From Synechococcus sp. (GTDB lineage: Bacteria > Cyanobacteriota > Cyanobacteriia > PCC-6307 > Cyanobiaceae): a DNA stretch of 64,000 bases. Within the stretch, counting starts at the first letter, position 1. Every line of letters starts with the position of its first letter. A program made the translations under genes and the position numbers. Location of the stretch: assembly GCA_047285805.1 (NCBI GenBank), contig JBJBCN010000002.1, positions 1,152,001 to 1,216,000 of the forward strand, in the 5' to 3' direction. Positions 34,620 through 45,903 of the stretch are shown piece by piece. Under the pieces are notes generated by a model. The model worked only from the letters and a program-made list of their open reading frames with translations. It had not been told where the DNA came from and did no database searches.

Positions 34620-35733
34620 ACGCCGCCCCTTTGGCCGGGGAGCCAAGGTCTCCCCGTTCTGCCTCGGCACGATGCGGGCCACCACGAGCCCGCAGCAGAT
34701 GGCGGAGGTGCTCGCTGCGGCCCTAGCCGCAGGCATCAACCACATCGAGACCGCCCCGGCCTATGGCCCCGCGGAGGCGTTCTTGGGCCAAGCCCTTAGC
34801 CAGTGGAGTGGATTGGAGCCACTGGCCATCACCAGCAAGCTGCTCCCGGGAATCGAGCTGGAGGAGGGCAAGGCCCAACTGCGCGGAATCCTGCAACGCC
34901 TGGGGCTCCAGCGGCTCGACAACCTGGCGGTCCACGGCCTGAACCGGCCTGAGCATCTGGACTGGGCCCTGCGGGGAGACGGGGCGGAGCTATTGCGCTG
35001 GGCCCTAGCGGAGGGATTGGTCACCCAAGTGGGGTTCTCGAGCCACGGCGAGCTAGCGCTGATTGAAACCGCCCTCGCCTCAGGCCGCTTCAGCTTCTGC
35101 AGCCTCCATCTGCACTGGTTTGATCAGACCCGGATTCCCCTTGCCCAGGCCGCGCTACGGGAAGGCATTGGCGTGCTCGCCATTTCCCCCGCCGACAAGG
35201 GGGGCCGGCTCTATGCACCGCCTGAGCAGCTACGCGCCGATTGCGCTCCTTTTGAGCCGCTGGAGTTGGCCTACCGCTTCCTACTTGATGCAGGCATCTC
35301 AAGCCTGACCCTGGGGGCCGCCCAAGCCAGCGACCTCGATCTCGCCCAACGCCTGACTGCGGAAGAGGGCAGCTGGCTTGAGCCCAGGCATCGCCGGGCC
35401 CTGGATCGGGCTTGGCAGGCCGGCCAAAGCCGTCTTACCACCAGCGCCTGTCAGCAATGCCGGGCCTGCCTGCCCTGCCCCAACGCGGTGCCTATTCCAG
35501 AGCTCCTGCGCCTGCGCAACCTGGACCTCGGGCACGGCATGGGTGCCTTTGCCCAGGAGCGCTACAACCTGATCGGCCGAGCAGGGCATTGGTGGGAAAG
35601 CGTGAACGCGTCCGCATGCTCAGGCTGCGGCGATTGCCTACCGCGCTGTCCCCACAACCTGCCCATTCCAGACCTGCTAGCGGAGACCCATGAACGGCTG
35701 GCCGCCGCACCGCGGCGCCGGCTCTGGGGTTAG
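34612..35733 (+). CDS. Aldo/keto reductase with C-terminal 4Fe-4S dicluster
   Basis: RRPFG..VSPFCLGTM, ETAPAYG, GFSSH; CQQCRACLPCP and CSGCGDCLPRCP; start inferred as CTG. Confidence 0.88.
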   Translation: MAERRPFGRGAKVSPFCLGTMRATTSPQQMAEVLAAALAAGINHIETAPAYGPAEAFLGQALSQWSGLEPLAITSKLLPGIELEEGKAQLRGILQRLGLQRLDNLAVHGLNRPEHLDWALRGDGAELLRWALAEGLVTQVGFSSHGELALIETALASGRFSFCSLHLHWFDQTRIPLAQAALREGIGVLAISPADKGGRLYAPPEQLRADCAPFEPLELAYRFLLDAGISSLTLGAAQASDLDLAQRLTAEEGSWLEPRHRRALDRAWQAGQSRLTTSACQQCRACLPCPNAVPIPELLRLRNLDLGHGMGAFAQERYNLIGRAGHWWESVNASACSGCGDCLPRCPHNLPIPDLLAETHERLAAAPRRRLWG

Positions 35734-36809
35734 CGGCTCAGGGCTTGATCCCAGAGGGACTGCCAGCGGCTGCGCTCAGCCTGGCTGAAGACCGGAAGAC
35801 TGTTGCAGCGTTGCAGCACTGCCTCGCTGGGAAGCAAGAGCGGCCGTAGCCGCTCCGGCCAACGCCACAGCACCGGGTCCAGCTGTTTCCGGGGAAGCGG
35901 CGGCACGCAGCCAGCCGCCAGTAGGCGATCCAGTAGAGGCAGCGAGAGGCCGTCGCGAATCCACTCCAAGGGCAGGGGCGGATCCAGCAGCGCACGGTCC
36001 TGGGGGGCCAAGCGCAGCAACAGCTGCCACCAGAGCGGGGAGCCGGACTCCGGCAACACAGCCGACAGACGGGGATCTTTCTTCAGCAGCGGAATCGCCC
36101 GATGGCTGGGGACCACGGCGGCCTCCGCCTCACCAGCCAACAGCAGATTGAGACCGTCCCGCTCATCGAGGGCCAGGGCCTGATCCACCAGCTCGGACAC
36201 CTGCTTCGGCAGAGCTGGGGCATTCAGGGATTGGGGGTCGCGGCTGGAAAGTCCCAGCTGACGCAACGCCAACTCAATCACCACCCGCGGGCTGGAGGGA
36301 AGCACCACCTTTCCCCGCAGGCTTGGATCGAGGAGCAAGGACCAACCCTGTTGGCGCTGACGCCAGAGGTCAGGACGACTGCGCAACACCAACAACCACG
36401 TCCCAAAGGCCCAAGGGAAGGCCACGGGCACGGCGCCCTCAGGGCCAAACAAGCGACTTGGGGCTTGGGCCATGGGGGCGAGCTGCGCCAGCAGGGCCGG
36501 CGCCTCCAGCGTTTGGAGTCGAGCACGATCGAGCTGCTGGGCCCAGCCATCGCCGAGGGCCAGCAAGGCCGCACCGCTCAGGTCCTTCTCCTGAAGCGAG
36601 GAGCGATCCACCAAGCTCAGCAGCTGCGCTGGACGCTCCAACCGTTGGGACTGCCAGGGAGATGGCAGCTCCTGCAACCAGGCCTTGGGCAGATCCCCTT
36701 TCACGCTCAACAGCTGCGGTGCACCAGAGCGCACGGGGGCGCATCCAGCCGCCGTACCCAGGGCCACCACCGAACCCATCAGTTGCAGCAGTTGGCGGCG
36801 GGAGGTCAC
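35730..36809 (-). CDS. Extracellular solute-binding lipoprotein (PotD-like) with Tat signal
   Basis: SRRQLL Tat motif, AAGC lipobox, PWAFG, W..LLDP.LRGKV. Confidence 0.75.
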   Translation of the reverse strand: MTSRRQLLQLMGSVVALGTAAGCAPVRSGAPQLLSVKGDLPKAWLQELPSPWQSQRLERPAQLLSLVDRSSLQEKDLSGAALLALGDGWAQQLDRARLQTLEAPALLAQLAPMAQAPSRLFGPEGAVPVAFPWAFGTWLLVLRSRPDLWRQRQQGWSLLLDPSLRGKVVLPSSPRVVIELALRQLGLSSRDPQSLNAPALPKQVSELVDQALALDERDGLNLLLAGEAEAAVVPSHRAIPLLKKDPRLSAVLPESGSPLWWQLLLRLAPQDRALLDPPLPLEWIRDGLSLPLLDRLLAAGCVPPLPRKQLDPVLWRWPERLRPLLLPSEAVLQRCNSLPVFSQAERSRWQSLWDQALSR

Positions 36810-36833
36810 AACCGAGAACAACTCGACTTGAAC

Positions 36834-37952
36834 CTAGGCGGAGTGCGGCAGTTGATCACAGGCCAGCTCACAGGCGGACACCAGCGCCTGCAGTGGGCGG
36901 CCACTGAGCTGCCAAAGGGCTGCCAACCCGCCAGCACCGACCCCCTCTTTGACGTAGCCACGCTCGTAATCGAGCAACTCCTGCCGGCGGCTGCCCGTAA
37001 AGCGCAAGCCCGTGGCCAAGGCCAACGGCGCAACGCCAAAGCGGCTGGCAAGCTGCCCCATCAGCCCCGAAAAATCACTGGCCGATTCATGGGCCACCCA
37101 GGCGGTGGTGACCACTGCCGCCTGGCGAACCAGCCTTTGACGCTCCTCCGGAATGCAGGCCGCCATCGCCAGGGCCCAGACCGCCGCCATCTGGCTACCG
37201 CCCGCCAAGAGCAGCGGAGTACCCCCAAGAGCCACCCGCTTGAGCGCAGCAGCAGCCACCACCTGCATGGGGTCACCGACCGCCGCCAAAACAGCCTGGG
37301 GCCCTGCCCCCTCCGGCAGCTGGGCCGCCGCCAACCCCTGTTGCACCAGCCTTTGCTTGAGCTGGTGATCGGGCTGGCGGACACTGCCGCTCACTAGGCC
37401 GATGGAGGGAACCCCCAGGGCCTCCAGAACCGCCAGGGCAGTTGTGGTGCCACCGGGCACGCACTCGCTGAGGAGCACCGGTTGACCAGTTCGCGCCAAG
37501 CTCCGTCCCCAGCGCTCCCCCCAGGACCAGAGCGTCTGCACCCGATCAAGAGCCATGGCCGCCCCCGTGCTAAGGCAGCGGGCCGGCGACTGATTCAGCT
37601 GGAGATGGGGAATGGCGGGAGCGACAGGCGCCCCCAGGTCCAGCACCACGGGATGCAGGTCTAACCCCTGAAGCACGGCCCATGCGATCACGGCCGGAGT
37701 GACCCCAGCCGGCAGGGGCGGCAAAGCATGGGGCCGCTCGGCGGAGGGGCCCTGCCAAAGCAACTCCGCATCCGCGGCGGCCGTCAAACGGCGGGAGTCC
37801 GGTGTTGCCCCGGCCGCCGAGATGCCCTCAACGGCCGCTGTTTCCGTCCCGGCCAGCAGCAACAGCACACGGGTCTGGGGAACAGCAGCAGCCAGACGTT
37901 GACACCACTGCTCCGCCAGTTCGGGCGCTCCGCTGAGGCGCTCCAGGCTCAA
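36834..37952 (-). CDS. cobT: Nicotinate-nucleotide phosphoribosyltransferase (cyanobacterial/archaeal CobT type)
   Basis: GISAAGATP, ECVPGGTTTA, GDPMQ, LAGGSQM, YERGYVKEGVGAG. Confidence 0.9.
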   Translation of the reverse strand: MSLERLSGAPELAEQWCQRLAAAVPQTRVLLLLAGTETAAVEGISAAGATPDSRRLTAAADAELLWQGPSAERPHALPPLPAGVTPAVIAWAVLQGLDLHPVVLDLGAPVAPAIPHLQLNQSPARCLSTGAAMALDRVQTLWSWGERWGRSLARTGQPVLLSECVPGGTTTALAVLEALGVPSIGLVSGSVRQPDHQLKQRLVQQGLAAAQLPEGAGPQAVLAAVGDPMQVVAAAALKRVALGGTPLLLAGGSQMAAVWALAMAACIPEERQRLVRQAAVVTTAWVAHESASDFSGLMGQLASRFGVAPLALATGLRFTGSRRQELLDYERGYVKEGVGAGGLAALWQLSGRPLQALVSACELACDQLPHSA

Positions 37953-38587
37953 AGCGGATCGAGGGCGAGCAGGGGACGCAGCAGCGCCGGCGGCTCACTG
38001 ATCGGGCTCTTCAGCCGCGGAAAGATCCACAGGGCCACCGCATGTAAGGCCAGTACGTAGATGAGGTTTTGCAGCAACACCAAAGCCAAGGCCATCAGCT
38101 GCACCTGCAAGAGATCCGCTCCCCCACCGATGTGGACCAAACCCAGCAGGCGATCGAGCACCTGGGAGGCCGCTGAGGTGATGAGCACCCACAGGTTTTC
38201 CCCCAGCAGGATCGAGAGCACGGCCACCCGCACCAGGAACCCGCCTGCGCCGATCAACAACCCCACCCCCCAACTGAGGTACCAAGTCAGACGACGGCTC
38301 CAGCACCATCCGAGCCATAGGGCCAAGAAGCCATAGGGGAAGAGCACCAATGGACCCCGGATTGGCCCCATCAAGGCCACCAGCAACAGGGCCGCAACGG
38401 TGACCCCTTCCATGGCGCAGCGACCGTTATGGCGCAGCTGCAACAGAGCCAACGGCAGGGGCAAAGCTAAACGGAACAGCGCGCCGCCAACCGGGACGTA
38501 GTAGAGGCCCACCCAGAGCAACGCGGTAGCCGCCGCCAGATAGGCCGTATCGGTGAGCTGTCGGGCCTGGCGGCGACTCAAGGACAT
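37949..38587 (-). CDS. DUF2232 membrane protein
   Basis: TAYLAA, LPLPLAL, LMGPIRG, ENLW; multiple TM segments. Confidence 0.82.
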   Translation of the reverse strand: MSLSRRQARQLTDTAYLAAATALLWVGLYYVPVGGALFRLALPLPLALLQLRHNGRCAMEGVTVAALLLVALMGPIRGPLVLFPYGFLALWLGWCWSRRLTWYLSWGVGLLIGAGGFLVRVAVLSILLGENLWVLITSAASQVLDRLLGLVHIGGGADLLQVQLMALALVLLQNLIYVLALHAVALWIFPRLKSPISEPPALLRPLLALDPL

Positions 38588-38601
38588 GGTTGAAGGCCGG
38601 C

Positions 38602-39036
38602 CTAGCGCGGATCAGGCGCTGCGCTGCGGGTGGGCATCGTCCCGTTAGAAACGCGTTCAATACTCTCCACTTCAAAGGCCAAACCCGCCGTGCGCAAGGC
38701 CTCGGTCAGCACCTCCGCAGGAGCGGAGGGATCCGCAGCCGGCAGCTTGATCGTCACCCGATAGGGGGCCGGCGGTGCACTTCGGCGTGGTACGACAGGA
38801 GACTGGTCAGGCTTAGGAACGGGCTTGGGCGCGGCCACGACCGCCTCGGTCTTGGCGTCCGGAGCGAGTGCCGCGGGCTGCGTTGGAGACGCAGGCGCTA
38901 AGGCAGGAGGCGACGCCGGAGTCGCCGGAAGCGGGTCCGAGAAACTCCGGGACAACTGATCACCCAGGGGTGTGCCCTGGCATCCGGCCAAGGCACCAGC
39001 CAATAGCAGCAGCGCCCCCCAACGCAGAGGCGCCAT
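38602..39036 (-). CDS. Putative lipoprotein
   Basis: LAGC lipobox, Pro-rich linker, PYRVTIKLP.ADPSAPAE domain. Confidence 0.8.
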   Translation of the reverse strand: MAPLRWGALLLLAGALAGCQGTPLGDQLSRSFSDPLPATPASPPALAPASPTQPAALAPDAKTEAVVAAPKPVPKPDQSPVVPRRSAPPAPYRVTIKLPAADPSAPAEVLTEALRTAGLAFEVESIERVSNGTMPTRSAAPDPR

Positions 39037-41753
39037 CAGCTATCCGCCGCCTTGATGATCCTCACAGCGCTAGCCCGCAGACGACCGGTCTTGGTGATGG
39101 CCGGAGCCTTCTTCGCCGCTGGCTTCTTGGCTGCTGGCTTCTTCGCCGCCGTAGATTTGGCCGCGGTCTTGCGGCCCTTGCCCTTGCCTGAGGCGGCCTT
39201 GGCGGCGAGCAGTTCGACCGCCTGGTCAAGGGTGATGGTGTCCGCCGTGGTGCCTTCGGGGAGCGAGGCATTCACCTTGCCCTGCTTCACATACAGGCCA
39301 TAGGGGCCATCGAAGAGCTGGATCGTTTCATCGGCCCCCTCGGGGGTCCCGAGATCCTTCAGGGCCGTACGGCCCCCTCGGCCGCGCTTGGGCATCGCCA
39401 GGAGTTCGAGGGCACGGGAGAGGCCCACCATCAGCACGTCGTCTTCGGCCTTGAGGGAGCGGTAGTCCTTTTCCCCCTTGCCCTTGTGGTGGACCACATA
39501 GGGTCCAAAGCGACCCAGACCGGCCTCCACCTTCCCGCCATCGGGGTGTTCGCCGAGGTGTCTGGGGAGACGCAACAAGCCCAGGGCGTCCTCGAGGCTG
39601 AGGTCCTCGGGCTTAGTGCCCTTGGGGAGAGAGGCACGCTTGGGCTTGGGGTTGTCGTCGCTGACCTGGCCCCGCTGCACATAGGGCCCGTATTGGCCGA
39701 AGAGCAGATAGACCAAATCACCGGTCTCGGGATCTTCCCCAAGAGCCTCAGGACCGTCGGCCTTCTGCTTCAGGATCAGCTCCGCTTTTTCGGAGTCCAG
39801 ATCCGCAGGGGTGATCTCGTTGGGAAGGGTGGCCTTCAGCAGCTCCTCGCTGCCGTCCTCCGCCACCCGCTTGGTTTCCAGATAGGCCCCAAAACGACCG
39901 ATCCGCACTACGCAGGGGAGCCCCTCGAGGGCAATCGTGCGTGAGGCGGTGGGGTCGATATCCCCTTCCCTCTGCTGCACTTGGGTCTCGAGCCCCTTGT
40001 CGCCCTTGTAGAAGCTCTCGAGGTAGGGCAGCCACTGCACCTTGCCGGTGGAGATTTCGTCGAGGGTCCCCTCCATCCGCGCGGTGAAGCTGGTATCAAC
40101 CAAGTCCGGGAAATGCTCCTCCAGCAGGGCAGTCACCGCAAACGCCGTGAAGCTTGGAGTCAGCGAGTTGTTCTGCAGCGTCGCGTAACCCCGATCGACG
40201 ATGGTCCCGATGATCGAGGCGTAGGTGGAGGGGCGACCGATGCCTTCCTTCTCGAGCATCTTGACCAGGGCAGCCTCGCTGTAGCGAGCGGGTGGCTGGG
40301 TTTGGTGACCCAACGCTTCCACGGCCTTGCAACTGGGGCTATCGCCGGTTTTCAGGTTCGGCAGAAGGACTTCCTGCCCTTCGAGCGCGGCATCTGGGTC
40401 ATCACTGCCCTCGACGTAGGCCCGGAAGAAACCGGGGAAGTCAATGCGCTTGCCATTGGCACGGAAGCTGGCGGGCCCGAGGCTGCCGCCATCGACGTCC
40501 AGCTCAACGCTGAGCATGGTCAGGCGTGCCTCGGCCATCTGGGAGGCCACGGTGCGCTTCCAGATCAGCTCGTAGAGGGCAAGATCTCGGCCATCGAGGC
40601 CGGTGGCCGAGGGATCCCTGAAGCTTTCACCCGCGGGGCGAATCGCCTCATGGGCCTCCTGGGCATTGCGGGACTTAGTGGAGAACTGACGGGGTGAGCC
40701 GCTCAGATACTCCTTGCCGTATTTCTCAGCCACACAGTTGCGGGCTGCGTTGATGGCTTGGTCACTGAGGTGCACCGAGTCAGTGCGCATGTAGGTGATG
40801 AAGCCCCGCTCGTAGAGCCCCTGGGCCGTGCGCATGGTCTCGCGCGCCGACAGGCGAAGCTTGCGGTTGGCCTCCTGCTGCAGGGTGCTGGTGGTGAACG
40901 GCGCTACCGGTTTACGGGTGGTGGGCTTTTCCTCGACAGAGGACACCCGCCAAGGAGCCACGAGGACCGCTTCGCGGAGGCTGCGGGCGTCGGCCTCGCT
41001 CAGCAAGCGGACTTTGCTACCGGCCTTCAGCCCACCGGTGTTCTCGTCGAAATCCGAACCACCGGCAATGCGCTCGCCCTTGAGGTGGGTGAGTTTGGCG
41101 TCAAAGCCGCTGCTCCCCTGGGCCATCTCAGCCTTGAGATCCCAGTAGCTGCCGCTCTTGAACGCCCGACGAGCCCGCTCCCGTTGCACCAGCAAGCGGA
41201 CGGCCACGGACTGAACCCGGCCGGCGCTCAAGCCCCAGGCCACCTTTTTCCAAAGCAGGGGCGAGAGGGTGTAGCCCACCAGGCGATCGAGGATGCGCCG
41301 CGTTTCCTGGGCATGGACGAGCTCCATGTCGAGCTCGCGGGTCTGATCGAGGGCTCGGCCGATGGCCTCCTTGGTGATCTCGTGGAACACCATCCGCTTG
41401 ACCGGCACCTTCGGGTTCAGGAGCTGCAGCAGGTGCCAGCTGATGGACTCCCCTTCCCGGTCTTCGTCGGTCGCGAGCAGGAGTTGATCGGCGCCTTTGA
41501 GGGCGTCCTTCAGTTCTTTGACCGTCTTCTTTTTGTCCTTCGGAACCACGTAGAGCGGTTCGAAGTCCTTGGTGGTGTTCACGCCGAGGTTCGCCCACTT
41601 CTCGCCCTTGTGGGCAGCCGGGATCTCGCTGGCGTTGTTGGGCAGGTCGCGCACGTGCCCCATCGAGGCCTCAACCTTGAAGTCCTTCGGCAAGAACCCG
41701 CGGATGGTGCGGGCCTTGGTGGGGCTTTCAACGATGACGAGGGTGTGCGCCAC
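39036..41753 (-). CDS. topA: DNA topoisomerase I
   Basis: [34 protein letters not shown]-terminal GRFGPY repeats and Lys/Ala tail; GTG start. Confidence 0.98.
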   Translation of the reverse strand: MAHTLVIVESPTKARTIRGFLPKDFKVEASMGHVRDLPNNASEIPAAHKGEKWANLGVNTTKDFEPLYVVPKDKKKTVKELKDALKGADQLLLATDEDREGESISWHLLQLLNPKVPVKRMVFHEITKEAIGRALDQTRELDMELVHAQETRRILDRLVGYTLSPLLWKKVAWGLSAGRVQSVAVRLLVQRERARRAFKSGSYWDLKAEMAQGSSGFDAKLTHLKGERIAGGSDFDENTGGLKAGSKVRLLSEADARSLREAVLVAPWRVSSVEEKPTTRKPVAPFTTSTLQQEANRKLRLSARETMRTAQGLYERGFITYMRTDSVHLSDQAINAARNCVAEKYGKEYLSGSPRQFSTKSRNAQEAHEAIRPAGESFRDPSATGLDGRDLALYELIWKRTVASQMAEARLTMLSVELDVDGGSLGPASFRANGKRIDFPGFFRAYVEGSDDPDAALEGQEVLLPNLKTGDSPSCKAVEALGHQTQPPARYSEAALVKMLEKEGIGRPSTYASIIGTIVDRGYATLQNNSLTPSFTAFAVTALLEEHFPDLVDTSFTARMEGTLDEISTGKVQWLPYLESFYKGDKGLETQVQQREGDIDPTASRTIALEGLPCVVRIGRFGAYLETKRVAEDGSEELLKATLPNEITPADLDSEKAELILKQKADGPEALGEDPETGDLVYLLFGQYGPYVQRGQVSDDNPKPKRASLPKGTKPEDLSLEDALGLLRLPRHLGEHPDGGKVEAGLGRFGPYVVHHKGKGEKDYRSLKAEDDVLMVGLSRALELLAMPKRGRGGRTALKDLGTPEGADETIQLFDGPYGLYVKQGKVNASLPEGTTADTITLDQAVELLAAKAASGKGKGRKTAAKSTAAKKPAAKKPAAKKAPAITKTGRLRASAVRIIKAADS

Positions 41754-41871
41754 AGGCAGGCGGTGAACCGCTTCCCTCTTTATCGCACCGACCGTCAACC
41801 CCGGCGAGAAACTCCGAAGGTTGACGCCAGCGCGGCTACAGTCCAGCCCACGGGCGTGTTCCAAAACAGCT

Positions 41872-43455
41872 GTGCTCTCTCTCCTGGCTGCCGCCGACAC
41901 CGTTACGACTGCGGCTGCTCCAGCGGTGAACGCCATCACGTCGCTGCAACTCAATGCAGGAGCCATCGCACCGGAAGGTGCGGTCTTGCTGGCGATGGTG
42001 GCCTGCCTTCTTGTCGATCTGGCGGGCGAGAAAGCGGCTGCGCGTTGGGTCCCCCTCTTGTCCTACGTGGGCCTGGGCGGTGCGCTCGGCTTGCTGGCAC
42101 TGCAATGGGATGCGGCGCCGCTTGAGCCCTCCTTCCTCGGCGCCTTTCTGGCCGACAACCTCGCGATCGCCTTTCGGGCTGTGGTGGCGGCCTCAACCCT
42201 GGTTTCCCTGTTGATCAGCTGGCGCTATGTCGAGCGGGCCGGAACGCCCGTTGGCGAATACGCCTCAATCCTGTTGGCCGCGACCCTGGGAGCAATGCTG
42301 CTCTGCGGAGCCACAGACCTGGTCAGCATCTTCGTCTCCCTCGAAACGCTGTCGGTCGCGAGTTACCTGCTGTCGGGCTACATGAAGCGCGACGCCCGCA
42401 GTTCCGAGGCCGCACTCAAATACCTCCTGGTCGGCTCCGCTGCCGCCGCGGTCTTTCTCTATGGCGCCTCGCTCCTCTATGGCCTGACCGGCGGCAGCAC
42501 CAGCCTCGAAGCCGTTGGCATCGCACTCCAGACGAGCGCCTCTCCAGTGGCGGCCCTCGCTCTGGTGTTCGTGTTGGCCACGGTGGCCTTCAAGATTGCC
42601 GCAGTTCCTTTCCACCAGTGGACCCCTGACGTCTATGAGGGTTCCCCCACTCCAGTGGTGGCCTTCCTCTCAGTGGGCTCCAAAGCTGCCGGTTTCGCCC
42701 TGGCTTTGCGCATCCTCGTGGGCTGCTTTGAACCCTTCGAAGCGCAGTGGAAGCTGCTCTTCACGGTCTTGGCCATCTTGAGCATGGTTCTGGGCAACGT
42801 GGTGGCCCTGGCTCAGACATCCATGAAGCGGATGCTGGCCTACAGCTCGATCGGTCAGGCCGGCTTCGTGATGATCGGCCTGGTCTGCGGCACCGAAGAC
42901 GGCTACGCCGCCATGGTCCTCTACATGGCCGCCTACCTCTTCATGAACCTAGGGGCCTTCGCCTGCATCATCCTGTTCTCCCTGCGCACCGGGAGCGATC
43001 GGATCAGCGATTACGCAGGTCTCTACCAGAAGGATCCTCTGATCACCTTGGGCCTGAGCCTCTGCCTGCTTTCACTCGGTGGCATTCCACCGATGCTCGG
43101 CTTCTTCGGCAAGATCTACCTCTTCTTTGCCGGCTGGGCCGATCAGCAGTACCTCCTCGTGGTGGTCGGTCTGCTCACCTCTGTGGTCTCTATCTACTAC
43201 TACATCTCTGTCATCAAGATGATGGTCGTGAAGGAGCCCCATGAGGCCTCAGAGGTGGTTAAGTCCTACCCCGAGGTCAATTGGAGCCTGACTGGACTGC
43301 AACCCCTCCGCGCAGCGCTGGTGTCCTGTGTGGCGGTGACTGCCGTCGGTGGGATCCTCTCCAACCCGCTCTTCACCTGGGCTAGCGGTGCCGTTGCCGG
43401 CACGCCCATGCTGCAGAAAGCTCTCGCCTCGGCCGCAGGCCTCCCGGTTGGCTAA
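41872..43455 (+). CDS. ndhB: NAD(P)H-quinone oxidoreductase subunit 2 (NuoN-like)
   Basis: [33 protein letters not shown]; start approximate. Confidence 0.96.
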   Translation: MLSLLAAADTVTTAAAPAVNAITSLQLNAGAIAPEGAVLLAMVACLLVDLAGEKAAARWVPLLSYVGLGGALGLLALQWDAAPLEPSFLGAFLADNLAIAFRAVVAASTLVSLLISWRYVERAGTPVGEYASILLAATLGAMLLCGATDLVSIFVSLETLSVASYLLSGYMKRDARSSEAALKYLLVGSAAAAVFLYGASLLYGLTGGSTSLEAVGIALQTSASPVAALALVFVLATVAFKIAAVPFHQWTPDVYEGSPTPVVAFLSVGSKAAGFALALRILVGCFEPFEAQWKLLFTVLAILSMVLGNVVALAQTSMKRMLAYSSIGQAGFVMIGLVCGTEDGYAAMVLYMAAYLFMNLGAFACIILFSLRTGSDRISDYAGLYQKDPLITLGLSLCLLSLGGIPPMLGFFGKIYLFFAGWADQQYLLVVVGLLTSVVSIYYYISVIKMMVVKEPHEASEVVKSYPEVNWSLTGLQPLRAALVSCVAVTAVGGILSNPLFTWASGAVAGTPMLQKALASAAGLPVG

Positions 43456-44156
43456 TGGCCGTAGCGGTCGTTGCCGAACTGGAGCACATCCGCAAGACCT
43501 ACGGCAGCGGAGACACAACGGTTGTCGCCCTCGATGATCTGACCATGAGCGTGCGTCGCGGCGAGTACCTCGCTGTGATGGGCACCTCAGGGTCAGGCAA
43601 GAGCACAGCCATGAACATCCTGGGCTGCCTCGATCGCCCCAGCAGTGGCAGCTATCGCCTCAACGGCACCGCCGTCGAGCAGCTCACGGACGATCAGCTC
43701 GCCGATCTTCGCAACCGAGAACTGGGATTCATCTTTCAGCAGTTTCATCTCCTTCAGGAACTCTCCGCCCTGGAGAACGTGATGCTTCCGATGGTCTACG
43801 CCGGGGTTCCCGCCGAGGAGCGCGAGGAACGCGGCATCCGCTCGCTCCAGCGCATCGGCCTCGGTGAAAGGCTCCACAACAAGCCCAACCAACTCTCTGG
43901 CGGTCAGCAACAGCGGGTCGCCTTGGCCCGGGCGATCATTAACCAACCCAACCTGCTGCTGGCGGACGAACCCACGGGTGCCCTCGATTCCCGCACCACC
44001 GCCGAGGTTTTGGACCTCTTTGATGAGCTGCACCGGCAGCAGGGCATGACGATCGTGCTGGTCACCCATGAACAAGATGTGGCGGCACGGGCCCAACGGG
44101 TGGTTCATTTCCACGACGGTCGCCTTGTGAGCACCGGGGCTGGCTCCCAGGTTTAG
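43455..44156 (+). CDS. ABC transporter ATP-binding protein (LolD/MacB/DevA-like)
   Basis: GTSGSGKST, LSGGQQQRV, ADEPTGALD. Confidence 0.94.
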   Translation: MAVAVVAELEHIRKTYGSGDTTVVALDDLTMSVRRGEYLAVMGTSGSGKSTAMNILGCLDRPSSGSYRLNGTAVEQLTDDQLADLRNRELGFIFQQFHLLQELSALENVMLPMVYAGVPAEEREERGIRSLQRIGLGERLHNKPNQLSGGQQQRVALARAIINQPNLLLADEPTGALDSRTTAEVLDLFDELHRQQGMTIVLVTHEQDVAARAQRVVHFHDGRLVSTGAGSQV

Positions 44157-45109
44157 CTGCCAGGCCGCTCCAGGCTGTTGATCAGCTGCCCCATTAGGAG
44201 AGCCACTGCATCGGTTCCGCGCAGGGCAGAGCCCGGGTCAAACTCACCCGGATCCACCGCGACCCAGCCCCAGGAGACCGGCTGCCGCAGCTCGAAATGG
44301 AGATGGGGACCCGTGCTCAAGCCCGTACTGCCCACACGGCCGAGCACCTCCCCCTGCAGCACGCGATCACCGGCGCGGACATACAGCTCAGACAGGTGGC
44401 CATAGAGGCTGCGGCGCCGCGGCCGCTGGTGTTCCACCTCCACCGCCAAGCCATAGCCACCGGCCAAGCCGCTGCTGACCACCCGACCCGCCAAAGCCGC
44501 CACCACCGGGGTACCTTCTGGGGCGGCCAGGTCATGGCCGGCATGGAGACGCCAGCCCCCCAACAGAGGATGCAACCGCCAACCAAAACCACTCGTTTTG
44601 AAGGCGGAGCCGATGATCGGCAGCAACAAACGCCGGTCGCCATTCCCCGCCACAGGCGCCGGCCTGGGGGTCACGCGAAACACCTTCGCCATGTCAAAAC
44701 GGCCACCCAAAAGGGCCGAGACCGGAACCGAGAGGGGCGGACGCCGTGCCCCCTCACGGCGCAGCCCCCAGCGAAGGGCGATGCCACCGCGGCATTCCCG
44801 CGCCGAGAGGGCGCCGGTGCGGCAGGCCTTCTGAAAGGCCCCCTCATCCAAGGGCTGCAGCGCGGCTCCGCCCCCCCGCAGGGCCCGCCGCTCCGATGGG
44901 GTCACGATGCCCTGCCGCACCAGGGCATCGAGAGACTGGTCAAACCGCTGCGGGGGCGGAACCGCCTGAAGCTGCTCCAGGGACGGCAGCAGAGGGGCCT
45001 CGGGCGCCGGTAGCGGAGGGGGGGCAAGCGGCTCAGAAACCACCGGTGCCGCCAGGAGCAACGGCGTAAGGAGAAGCCAACGAAGCCGTAGGGAGCGAAT
45101 CACAGCCAC
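44153..45109 (-). CDS. M23 family metallopeptidase
   Basis: HAGHD, YGHL, STGPHLHFE; signal peptide. Confidence 0.92.
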   Translation of the reverse strand: MAVIRSLRLRWLLLTPLLLAAPVVSEPLAPPPLPAPEAPLLPSLEQLQAVPPPQRFDQSLDALVRQGIVTPSERRALRGGGAALQPLDEGAFQKACRTGALSARECRGGIALRWGLRREGARRPPLSVPVSALLGGRFDMAKVFRVTPRPAPVAGNGDRRLLLPIIGSAFKTSGFGWRLHPLLGGWRLHAGHDLAAPEGTPVVAALAGRVVSSGLAGGYGLAVEVEHQRPRRRSLYGHLSELYVRAGDRVLQGEVLGRVGSTGLSTGPHLHFELRQPVSWGWVAVDPGEFDPGSALRGTDAVALLMGQLINSLERPGS

Positions 45110-45156
45110 CGCAGCAGCAGAAGCAGAAGCAGAAGCAGAGCCAACTCTAGGGAGCG

Positions 45157-45903
45157 CTAAAAACGCCGCCGCAACACCTTCGAGCCAGAAGCATTTTTAA
45201 GCTGCAATCCCCCATCGAGGCTGAGGCCCGTGATGCTCCAGCGCTGGCCGTCATGGTCCAACGGGCCGGATTTCCACAGACGCTGCTGGGCCTGACGCCG
45301 CACCAACTCCGGCTGCTCCGCCGCAGCGGCAGCCCATTCGAGGGCACGCAAGACGCGAGCACCTAACGCCGCAGGGCTCTGGCGAACCAGCAGCTGCTGC
45401 AGGCTCACTGCCCCCGCCGGCACGGGATTGGAGCCGTTCAGGCCAAGGCCCACCCGGGCATAGCGGACGCGGCCAGCCCGCCAGGCCAGGCGCGGTAGGA
45501 AACCACAGAGCTTCAAGCCCGACACAAGCAGGTCATTTGGCCATTTGATCGCAGGTTCCAAGCCCAGATTCTCTAACTGCAGGACCAGCCCGACCGCGAC
45601 CGCCAGGGCCAGGGAGGCAGAGCGGTCGGGGTCCTGGGGCCAGGGCAAGGCGGCACTCAACCAGAGGCCTCCGGCCGGAGAGGACCAAAGGCGGCCCTGC
45701 TGGCCATGGCCAAATCCCTGGCGGTGGGCCACGACCACCCGCGCCGCGGCCCCAATCGGCTCACGCAGAAGCCAACGGTCGAGTTCCAGCTCCGTACTGG
45801 CGCAGATGGATCGCACCTGAATGCGCCAGGGCAGGGGATAGTCCGCGGGGGCTTGGCGCAACTGACGCGCCAGGGTCCCGGCGCTTAAAGGCTGTTCAGC
45901 CAT
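45157..45903 (-). CDS. birA: Biotin--acetyl-CoA-carboxylase ligase
   Basis: Q..GHGQQGRLWSSP.GG, IKWPNDL..SGLKLCG, GLGLN. Confidence 0.9.
   Translation of the reverse strand: MAEQPLSAGTLARQLRQAPADYPLPWRIQVRSICASTELELDRWLLREPIGAAARVVVAHRQGFGHGQQGRLWSSPAGGLWLSAALPWPQDPDRSASLALAVAVGLVLQLENLGLEPAIKWPNDLLVSGLKLCGFLPRLAWRAGRVRYARVGLGLNGSNPVPAGAVSLQQLLVRQSPAALGARVLRALEWAAAAAEQPELVRRQAQQRLWKSGPLDHDGQRWSITGLSLDGGLQLKNASGSKVLRRRF

Noticed and set aside
41754..41966. Apparent head-to-head overlap of topA and ndhB in the ORF track
   Set aside because: Artefact of the longest-ORF start choice; the conserved N-termini begin at about 41753 and 41872
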